Assembly: GCA_963802185.1 (NCBI GenBank)
Contig: CAWDHU010000017.1
Span: forward strand, 202,612-266,611
Reading direction: 5' to 3'
Length of the DNA stretch: 64,000 bases
Origin: an uncultured Bacteroidales bacterium
GTDB lineage: Bacteria; Bacteroidota; Bacteroidia; Bacteroidales; UBA4417
Made by a program: the position numbers and the translations under genes. Shown here piece after piece: positions 56,658-64,000 of the stretch. Under the pieces are notes generated by a model. The model ran no database searches. It was given only the letters and a program-made list of their open reading frames with translations, and had not been told where the DNA came from. How positions within the stretch are numbered: position 1 is the first letter of the stretch; every line of letters starts with the position of its first letter.

Positions 56658-57293
56658 CTAAATCAGGCTATTTTCAATGCAATACCTTGTCAGTTCAGTA
56701 TTTTTTGTCAGTTCCATTTTCTCCATTATTCGGCTTCGGTAGGTACTAACGGTTTTATCAGAGATAAAAAGTTCCTTACCTATTTCCTGTAAAGATTTAC
56801 CATTAGCAAGTTTTATCATGATCTCGAATTCACGTCCGGAGAGAATATCGTGTTTTTGAGCATACTTATCCTGGTTGAGGTTGAGAGCCAGGCTTTCGGC
56901 AAGAGATTGTGAAATGTATTTTCCACCTTCCGATATTTTTTTTACAGCCAATAACAATTCCTCCGATGCCGTATCTTTGGTAAGGTATCCTGAAGCACCA
57001 AGTTTAAGTGCACGTACGGCGTACTGTTCCTGTGGAAGCATGCTAAGCATCAGCACATTGGTGGCCGGCCATTTTTCCTTAATGGATTGGAGTACTTCCA
57101 GTCCACTCTTGTCGGGAAGTGAAATATCCAGAATTACTATATCAAAAACGTCCTCTTTAAAAAGCAAAAAAGCCTGGTTGCCGGTTCCGGCCTCATCTAT
57201 TGATACTTTACCCGGTAGCTGAAGCAGTATTTGCTTAAGCCCATCGCGGACAATCTTGTGATCATCACAAATAAGAATTTTTATAGGTCCCAT
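56658..57293 (-). CDS. NarL/LuxR-family DNA-binding response regulator
   Basis: Receiver domain (ILICDDHKIVRDGL...VILDISLPDKSG...LMLS...GYLTK) plus a C-terminal LuxR HTH (LSGREFEIMIKLANGKSLQEIGKELFISDKTVSTYRSRIMEKM). The start ATG overlaps the kinase stop (TAATG). Confidence 0.9.
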   Translation of the reverse strand: MGPIKILICDDHKIVRDGLKQILLQLPGKVSIDEAGTGNQAFLLFKEDVFDIVILDISLPDKSGLEVLQSIKEKWPATNVLMLSMLPQEQYAVRALKLGASGYLTKDTASEELLLAVKKISEGGKYISQSLAESLALNLNQDKYAQKHDILSGREFEIMIKLANGKSLQEIGKELFISDKTVSTYRSRIMEKMELTKNTELTRYCIENSLI

Positions 57294-59143
57294 TATAATT
57301 TGATTGGAAAAACCATCCGAATTTCAGTTCCATTTTCCTCAAGATTGCTTATTTCAAGAGTTCCGCCTAACGAGGCAGCCCTCTCTTTCATGCCAATCAG
57401 GCCAAAAGATTGCTTTGAATTAATTTCTTTCTCAGTTATGCCAACCCCGTTATCCGTAATACTGAAATGAATTTCATCACTGGTTTTGCTTAACCTGATA
57501 TCGACATTAGTTGCCCTGGAGTGCCTGGCAATATTGGTAAGAGATTCCTGCATGATTCTGAAAACGGTAAGTGAAGCATCAGGCGAAATATACAATTCCG
57601 AATCCAAATTAAGATCGAGTGAAATCTTAACTCCGAATCTTTCGGTAAACTCTTTGGTGTGCCATTCTATTGCTGCCTCAAGACCAAGATCTTCAAGAAT
57701 CTGAGGACGAAGCTGGGCGGTAAGTCTCTGAACAGTTTTTATTGTATCACTTACCAGGGCTGACACTTTATTGATTCGTACCAGTGCATCTGGGTCGGAT
57801 ACCCTTTGTCTGATTAATCCCAGGTCAATTTTAACCGCTGTAAGTGCCTGACCCAAATCATCATGCAGTTCACGTGAAATGGCAACTCTCTCATTCTCCC
57901 GTACTTTTTCAACATGCTGAGATAATTGATGTAATTGTTCAAGAGAGCTTTTTAGCTCAGCTTCAGTCTTTTTTCGTTCTGTAATATTCCGGGCAATCGA
58001 ATAGGTTTGATTCTTGTTCACCTGAGGTTGAGAGGTCCATTCCAGCCATTCTATCCCGCCATCTTTCCTGAGGTAACGGTTTTCAAAAGATAAAACGGTA
58101 ACCCCAAGTTTAAGTTTCTCATTAATAATACGAATTGTGCTTTCCAAATCATCAGGATGTATAAATTCAAGATATGGCTTACTTAATAATTCCTTACTTG
58201 AATATCCTAACATCTTTGACCATGAAGAATTAATATCACGGAAATACCCATCAATATCAGCGATTACCATCAGGTCAGCTGTTAACTCAAAGAAACTCCT
58301 GAACCTTTCTTCACTTTCCCTAAGAGCTTGTTCGGCCAGTTTGCTCTCGGTTATGTCTTTTACAAAACCAAGAAAACGTGTATCGGTCAGTTTCACAGCA
58401 TCAATTTCAATCCACCGCTTTGAACCGGTCTTATGTTTTAATAATGAACCAACTTTTATTGATCCGGTTTTTATCATTTGTTTGAAAAAAGCAATAATAT
58501 CATCAACTGACCTATCAATTAGCATATCAGACATTGACATACATAAAAGTTCGTCTTTCGAATATCCAGTTATCCGGATGGCTGCTTCATTCACTTCCAG
58601 GAATTTCCCGTTTTCATCTGTAATAAAAACTCCATCGGGTGCACTCTCAATATAACTCCTGTATTTTTCCTCACTCCGTTGAAGAGCATCATTTGCAATG
58701 GCTAATTTATTTGCAGAATCTTTCAGTAACCTTGCATCATAGATAATAGTCTGTTTCTGATTATACAAATCAATAAACACATTTATTTTACTTAAGAGGA
58801 TATGTCGGTCGACCGGTTTAAAAATATAATCGACAGCCCCTGAATTATATCCTTTCAATAATTCCATTTCATCGAAAGAATTGGCAGTCAGGAAAATAAC
58901 CGGCACTTTATCTCTTTCCGCTTCAACATTTAGTAGCTTTGCCAATTCATATCCAGTCATTATAGGCATCCACACATCAAGAATAGCCAGAGCAAGTTCC
59001 ATCCCTTTCGTTTTCTCCAGGGCTTCGGGACCATTGTATGCCTTAACCAGGTTAACTTCCAATTTGCTTATAAAAGCTTCAAGAAACAATAGATTTTCTT
59101 CGGTATCGTCAACAATGAGAATGGTGGGTAATTGTTTCTGCAT
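57293..59143 (-). CDS. hybrid sensor histidine kinase: N-terminal receiver, two PAS domains, HisKA_3 dimerisation/H-box, HATPase
   Basis: REC (ILIVDDTEENL...LAILDVWMPIMTG...IFLTA...DYIFKP). PAS1 (YIESAPDGVFITDENGKFLEVNEAAIRITGYSKDELL). PAS2 (FFELTADLMVIADIDGYFRDINSSWSKMLGYSSKELL). H-box RVAISRELHDDLGQALTAVKIDL. ATPase NIARHSRATNV...ITDNGVGI...GLIGMKERA. No transmembrane segment is evident. Confidence 0.88.
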   Translation of the reverse strand: MQKQLPTILIVDDTEENLLFLEAFISKLEVNLVKAYNGPEALEKTKGMELALAILDVWMPIMTGYELAKLLNVEAERDKVPVIFLTANSFDEMELLKGYNSGAVDYIFKPVDRHILLSKINVFIDLYNQKQTIIYDARLLKDSANKLAIANDALQRSEEKYRSYIESAPDGVFITDENGKFLEVNEAAIRITGYSKDELLCMSMSDMLIDRSVDDIIAFFKQMIKTGSIKVGSLLKHKTGSKRWIEIDAVKLTDTRFLGFVKDITESKLAEQALRESEERFRSFFELTADLMVIADIDGYFRDINSSWSKMLGYSSKELLSKPYLEFIHPDDLESTIRIINEKLKLGVTVLSFENRYLRKDGGIEWLEWTSQPQVNKNQTYSIARNITERKKTEAELKSSLEQLHQLSQHVEKVRENERVAISRELHDDLGQALTAVKIDLGLIRQRVSDPDALVRINKVSALVSDTIKTVQRLTAQLRPQILEDLGLEAAIEWHTKEFTERFGVKISLDLNLDSELYISPDASLTVFRIMQESLTNIARHSRATNVDIRLSKTSDEIHFSITDNGVGITEKEINSKQSFGLIGMKERAASLGGTLEISNLEENGTEIRMVFPIKL

Positions 59144-59242
59144 TTAATTTTAGATTGGGTTTGTTAATGCAATAAGCTTTAACGATTTCTTTATCATTTA
59201 CTTAAACAACATGAAATGATCTCAACATAAATTTGTTGTACT

Positions 59243-59250
59243 CAAAAATA
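59243..59250 (-). promoter_or_regulatory. candidate -7 promoter element for the kinase-regulator pair
   Basis: The plus strand reads CAAAAATA, which is TATTTTTG on the minus strand, ~100 bp upstream of the start at 59143. Confidence 0.3.
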
Positions 59251-59341
59251 GATTATTTTACTAATTATCGAAAGTAATGAATTAATTTGAGTCTTAGCCA
59301 AACTTAAAAAAGTTGTTATAAACTATACAGTGTTAAATCAA

Positions 59342-59370
59342 AAAAGCCATCCTGTTTCAGAATGGCTTTT
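59342..59370 (-). terminator. Rho-independent terminator of the icd-gltA unit
   Basis: aaaagccat (59342-50) pairs with atggctttt (59362-70). On the minus strand the stem runs into a T-tract. Confidence 0.75.
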
Positions 59371-59392
59371 AGACTTTTATCAGTTTAAAATA

Positions 59393-60722
59393 CTAATCCT
59401 CGATAATTACTTCCTTACCGGCAGCAAGATCTTCGAGAATAGCTGTTGTTATTGACTTTGGCCGCTCCAAAGGATAGTGGAGAGCACGGTCCCATATCAG
59501 ATTGGCAGTAACACCTAATGCACGGCCGATTCCAAACAATACGGTGTAAAAGTCGTATTCTTTAACGCCATAATGCCACTGTATTACGCCTGACTGGGCA
59601 TCCACATTTGGCCATGGATTTTTAGCCTTACCTTGTTCACGTAAAATATCCGGAACTACCTTATAAAGCATATCCGTATATTTGAACATGAGGTCGTCTT
59701 TCAGGTGAGTGAGTGAGAAGTCGTGTTGCAGTTTATACCTTGGGTCAGTTTTGCGAAGTACTGCATGTCCGTAACCAGGTATTACCTGTCCCGATTTCAG
59801 TGTATCCCATACAAATTTCTTCATTTCTTCTTCGGTAGGAACACGGTCTTCCATTTTTTCCATTACTCCCTGCAAGCCAACGTAATACTTCCTGGTTAGC
59901 CAGGCCGTGAAGCGGACCCGCAAGACCATTGACCATGGCAGCAGTACTTAGATAAATATCCGACAGCGAACTTCCAACCAAATGGCCGGTATGCGCACTC
60001 ACATTACCGCCTTCATGATCAGCATGAATTATAAAGTACATGCGGCTCACATCATCATAAGGCTTGCCAATCCCCATCATATGGGCAAAGTTCGCACCAA
60101 AATCGAGGTACGGATTGGATTGAATACGTTTCCCATCGCGGTACAGTTTCGAATAAATATATGTTGCAATTTCGGGTAACTTGGCCAGAAGATTGAGGGC
60201 ATCTTCGTAAGTTGAATCCCAATAATCAAGTTTATGCAATTTACCGGTAGCATATTTTTTCGCGAACAGTGATTCGCGCTGCAGCGTTGTAATTACAGCT
60301 GAAAATATTGCCATAGGATGGCTGCAACAGGGCATTCCGTCAATAACTTCATACACGTATCGGGGAAGGATGCGGCGCTTGTTAAATTCATCGATTACAT
60401 CCTGCAATTCTTCTTCATTCGGAATGTCGCCGGTGAGCAAAAGGTAAAATAATCCTTCAACATATGGCATTTCAGCACCTTTTGGTTTGGGAAGTTGTTC
60501 GAAAACTTCGGGAAGTGTCAACCCACGGTACCTGATACCTTCATTTGGATCGAGGTACGAAATATCGGTCAACAATACTTTAACACCCCTCATTCCGCCA
60601 ATTACCTGTCCGATAGTGACCTGGTCGATAACTACATTACCATATTCTTTTAAAAGCTTCTCTGTGCGTGGTCGCCATGCCAATATTTTTTCGTGAAGCC
60701 TGCTTTTAAGTGTGTTAGACAT
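59393..60722 (-). pseudogene. gltA: citrate synthase, interrupted by a 1-nt frameshift (fragments 59745..60722 and 59393..59929)
   Basis: The N-terminal fragment runs through ...HADHEGGNVSAHTGHLVGSSLSD...[18 protein letters not shown]. The C-terminal fragment resumes [45 protein letters not shown]...[13 protein letters not shown]. The frames switch between ~59868 and 59885, a stretch that contains the C3 run 59868-59870. Confidence 0.8.
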
Positions 60723-60796
60723 AATAATATTTTTTTAAAGTTAATAAATACGTTTTTATCAAAAACGAAATGGTTCGAAAATGATCAAAATTCAAT

Positions 60797-62062
60797 TTAC
60801 ATATTTTTAATCATTTCAGTACCAAACTCTGAGGTCTTTAGTTTAGCAGCACCTTCCATGAGACGGTGAAAATCGTATGTAACTGTTTTATTGGCAATGG
60901 TCTTCTCCATCGAAGCATATATAAGCTGGGCAACTTCATTCCAGCCAAGGTATTCGAACATGAGTGCGCCCGACAGGATTACCGAACCGGGATTTACCTG
61001 GTCAAGACCTGCGTATTTTGGTGCGGTGCCATGTGTAGCCTCAAAAATTGCAAAACCATTCTGGTAATTAATATTGGCACCGGGAGCGATTCCTATGCCA
61101 CCAACCATGGCAGCAAGTGCATCCGAAATATAATCTCCGTTAAGGTTAAGGGTTGCTATAACTGAGTATTCGGCAGGACGAAGAAGAATCTGCTGAAGAA
61201 ATGCATCGGCAATCACATCTTTAACAATAATTTTCCCTTCTGCAACCGCTTTCTGTTGTGCAGCTTCTGCAGCTTCGCGACCTTGCTCATCCGAAATACG
61301 ATCATATTGAGCCCAGGTAAAAGTTTTGTCACCAAATTCTCTTTCAACCAATGCATATCCCCATTGCTTAAAACCGCCTTCGGTAAACTTCATTATATTT
61401 CCTTTGTGGACTATCGTCAACGATGGAAGTTTGTGACTGATAGTGTATTCTATGGCGGCACGAACCAAACGCTCAGTACCTTCAACAGAAACAGGTTTGA
61501 TACCTATTGAAGAAGTTTTGGGAAACCTGATCTTTGTAACGCCCATTTCATTGACCAGGAAATTGATCATTTTGGTAGCCTCAGCAGTGCCATGCATGTA
61601 TTCGATACCAGCATATATATCTTCGGTATTCTCGCGGAATATATGCATATCAACTTTGTCGGGCCTTTTAACCGGACTGGGAACTCCCTGAAACCAACGT
61701 ACTGGACGAAGGCAAACATAAAGATCGAGAATTTGACGGAGTGCTACGTTGAGTGAGCGTATGCCGCCGCCAACCGGGGTTGTAAGTGGTCCTTTTATAC
61801 CTACCAAATATTCTTTAAAGGCTTCGAGGGTTTCGTCAGGAAGCCAATTACCAGTGGTCGAAAATGCTTTTTCGCCGGCAAGAACTTCTTTCCACATAAT
61901 TTTTCGTTTGCCGCCATAGGTTTTTTCTACTGCTGCATCAAACACCCTTACTGCTGCATTCCAGATATCCGGGCCTGTTCCATCTCCAATTATAAAAGGT
62001 ATAACCGGAAAATCAGGTACTAGCAACTTTCCATTCTCAAAAACAATCTTATCTGTACTCAT
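60797..62062 (-). CDS. icd: NADP-dependent isocitrate dehydrogenase (homodimeric prokaryotic type)
   Basis: [52 protein letters not shown] and [11 protein letters not shown]. Confidence 0.93.
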   Translation of the reverse strand: MSTDKIVFENGKLLVPDFPVIPFIIGDGTGPDIWNAAVRVFDAAVEKTYGGKRKIMWKEVLAGEKAFSTTGNWLPDETLEAFKEYLVGIKGPLTTPVGGGIRSLNVALRQILDLYVCLRPVRWFQGVPSPVKRPDKVDMHIFRENTEDIYAGIEYMHGTAEATKMINFLVNEMGVTKIRFPKTSSIGIKPVSVEGTERLVRAAIEYTISHKLPSLTIVHKGNIMKFTEGGFKQWGYALVEREFGDKTFTWAQYDRISDEQGREAAEAAQQKAVAEGKIIVKDVIADAFLQQILLRPAEYSVIATLNLNGDYISDALAAMVGGIGIAPGANINYQNGFAIFEATHGTAPKYAGLDQVNPGSVILSGALMFEYLGWNEVAQLIYASMEKTIANKTVTYDFHRLMEGAAKLKTSEFGTEMIKNM

Positions 62063-62215
62063 TATATTTTGTAAATTTTAGTGATTTGATTTCGTGGTAA
62101 AGATAAAAAAAACATTCAATTTCCTAAATATATGTGAAAATTCTTACACCCTTTCAGCTCATAAAATTTATTGAGATATGTTCAGGAATTGAACAAACAA
62201 ATATAATGAAACGTT

Positions 62216-62683
62216 ATGACTAAAACAAGTAATATTTTGAAATTGCATACCCGAAAAATACTACAACTCCCTGATGATTTAATAGCGAAACAACCCCTTT
62301 TGCTATTTGATGGCGATTGCACTCTATGCAGCAATTCCTTGAGGTTTCTTCTCAGGCATAACTTTTCGGGCAACCTGAAGTTTACATCTTTGCAGTCAAA
62401 AACAGGATTGAAAATTGCAAATCTGGCCGGAAAGGACTTTGACCAGGCTGATACATTGCTGCTTTTGCAGGACAATAAATTATTCGGATATTCGACAGCA
62501 GCATTAATGATAACTGCACATCTCAGTTTTCCATGGTACTTTTTGAGAATTCTTATTTTTATTCCAAGTTTTATCAGAGATGCTGTATACCGGTTTATAG
62601 CAAAAAACCGCTACAAATGGTTCGGCAGGAAATCATTTTGCCTGGCGGATGATCGAGAGTATAAGGAACGATTCCTCTCCTGA
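62216..62683 (+). CDS. DCC-family (DUF393) thiol-disulfide oxidoreductase
   Basis: LLLFDGDCTLCSNSLRFLLRHN carries the D-C-x-x-C motif. The size and a C-terminal hydrophobic segment are typical of the family. Confidence 0.75.
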   Translation: MTKTSNILKLHTRKILQLPDDLIAKQPLLLFDGDCTLCSNSLRFLLRHNFSGNLKFTSLQSKTGLKIANLAGKDFDQADTLLLLQDNKLFGYSTAALMITAHLSFPWYFLRILIFIPSFIRDAVYRFIAKNRYKWFGRKSFCLADDREYKERFLS

Positions 62684-62783
62684 TACGGACATATTAATCC
62701 CATAACCATTTATTTTACAGTTATTTTGAATCCGTATGGTTCGGATTGACCTAATCCAGAAGATGTTAAGAAGAAAAATAGCG

Positions 62784-63236
62784 CTATTCCCTGTTCTTCG
62801 AATCTATAAAAATAGTAACAGGTCCGTCATTAACAAGGGCAACTTCCATATAAGCTCCAAATTGGCCTGTCGCCACCTTGCGGCCAAGGCTCACTTCAAG
62901 TGATTCAATAAATGCATCATATTCAGGCCTGGCAATATCAGGGCGGGCAGCTTTACTATATGATGGGCGGTTGCCCCTGCGTGTACTTGCATGTAGGGTA
63001 AACTGGCTTACTACCATAATTTCGCCGTCAATATCACGAATATCAAGGTCCATTGCACCCTGGCTATCATCAAAAATCCGTAATCCTGTTACCTTGCCGC
63101 AAAGCCATTCCCTGTCTTCGGAAGTATCTGCTTCTTCAAAACTTACCAACAGTAATAATCCATAACCAATATGGCTATATTCCTGACCCTCAATACTAAG
63201 GGTGCACGATGTAACTCTTTGAATAACTGTTCTCAT
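62784..63236 (-). CDS. dtd: D-aminoacyl-tRNA deacylase
   Basis: MRTVIQRV..., VSQFTL and ALVNDGPVTIFIDS are hallmark Dtd motifs. Confidence 0.93.
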   Translation of the reverse strand: MRTVIQRVTSCTLSIEGQEYSHIGYGLLLLVSFEEADTSEDREWLCGKVTGLRIFDDSQGAMDLDIRDIDGEIMVVSQFTLHASTRRGNRPSYSKAARPDIARPEYDAFIESLEVSLGRKVATGQFGAYMEVALVNDGPVTIFIDSKNRE

Positions 63237-63290
63237 AATGTATCAATATTATTAATAAAATTCTCATTTTTCAACACCAGGTAGGTTAAC

Positions 63291-64000
63291 TTACACGTAT
63301 TCTGCAACATCCAGGCTCTCATCATTGAGTAGGCCCAGATAGTTGTGGTATCGTTCAGGATTAATCCTGCCTTCGTCCAATGCTTTTTTTACCGCACAGC
63401 CTGGTTCATGTATGTGAGTACAATTGTTGTACCTGCAATCGGGAAGCAAAGCGCGAAACTCAGGAAAGCGTTCGCTGATCTCCTGACTTTCAAAATGCAC
63501 CAGCCCAAATTCCTTAATACCCGGCGTGTCGATCATATACCCGCCAAATGAAAGAGGGTGCATTTCGGCAAAAGTAGTAGTATGCATACCTTTATTATGG
63601 TACGAAGATATCTCACCGGTTTTAATGGCCAGTAAGGGATCAAGCGCATTTATCAAAGCTGATTTCCCAACTCCCGAATGACCCGAAAACAAATTTACTT
63701 TATCCTTGAGCACCAACCGGAGCGTTTCCAATCCTGTTCCTTCCAAAGCCGATGCAGCGTATGAAGGATATCCCAATGAAATGTATAACTCCATGAGTTC
63801 GGCACAACGATCCTGAGCTTCAGAAGTATAAATATCAATTTTGTTAAAAACCAATGCTGCCGGGATGTGATATGCTTCAGCTGTTACCAGCAATCTATCG
63901 ATAAAACCGGTTGAAGTACGCGGTAGCATTATACTTGCAACAATATATAACCTATCAATGTTCGAAGCAATAATGTGTGCTGATTTCGAAAGGTTTATCG
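63291..64000 (-). CDS. rsgA: ribosome small-subunit-dependent GTPase A, N-terminus outside the window
   Basis: The frame stays open upstream of the first Met to the window edge (...NLSKSAHIIASNIDRLYIVASIMLP...). Motifs: NKIDI, GHSGVGKSALINAL, DTPG, and the zinc knuckle CRYNNCTHIHEPGC. Confidence 0.9.
   Translation of the reverse strand, partial: INLSKSAHIIASNIDRLYIVASIMLPRTSTGFIDRLLVTAEAYHIPAALVFNKIDIYTSEAQDRCAELMELYISLGYPSYAASALEGTGLETLRLVLKDKVNLFSGHSGVGKSALINALDPLLAIKTGEISSYHNKGMHTTTFAEMHPLSFGGYMIDTPGIKEFGLVHFESQEISERFPEFRALLPDCRYNNCTHIHEPGCAVKKALDEGRINPERYHNYLGLLNDESLDVAEYV

Noticed and set aside
56458-56661. 67-aa plus-strand ORF in the spacer between the two response-regulator genes.
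   Set aside because: It runs opposite to all neighbouring genes and is composed largely of the palindromic ccaag/cttgg element. It has no recognisable motif or start context, so the region is better explained as regulatory DNA/RNA.

Overview
AT-rich chromosomal window from a Bacteroidota (Bacteroidia-like) genome. The phylum call rests on the 16S/23S sequence, TAnnTTTG-type promoters, T9SS sorting domains and a UpxY antiterminator.

Layout:
- 1-17.1 kb: cell-surface island. It holds the tail of a T9SS cargo, a secreted protein with a Tyr/Asn tract, and three OmpA-family paralogues carrying thrombospondin-type-3 (TSP3) calcium-binding repeat arrays, one of them frameshifted. These bracket an ~8 kb SprB-like, T9SS type-B adhesin gene built from four families of tandem repeats and broken by a 1-nt frameshift.
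- 17.3-29.9 kb: housekeeping block. SpoU-type methyltransferase, mutS, tRNA-Gly, tRNA-Leu, a complete rrn operon (16S, tRNA-Ile, tRNA-Ala, 23S, 5S), a porin-like outer-membrane protein and a second SpoU/TrmH methyltransferase.
- 30.1-35.9 kb: loosely packed glycan genes. WbpB-like oxidoreductase, gmd, fcl, a UpxY antiterminator and one NDP-sugar dehydrogenase.
- 36-40.8 kb: M23 peptidase, iorBA, acpH.
- 40.8-59.1 kb, all on the minus strand: the most interesting region. REC-PAS-PAS-HisKA_3 kinase, NarL-type regulator, structured 270-bp spacer, single-domain receiver, 2992-aa beta-helix T9SS cargo, DUF4402/SCPU-like subunit, PapD-like chaperone, second DUF4402 subunit, and a 1261-aa usher-like outer-membrane protein ending in two SPOR-like domains. 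I read this as a candidate chaperone-usher-type fibre system. To my knowledge none has been characterised in this phylum.
- 59.4-64 kb: frameshifted citrate synthase, icd, DCC-family oxidoreductase, dtd, rsgA (partial).

Three genes carry +/-1 frameshifts, each placed (by inference for gltA) at a short G/C run. That looks more like consensus or assembly error than decay. I saw no CRISPR array, transposase, integrase or prophage genes. All family assignments come from motif reading only; no HMM or database search was possible.
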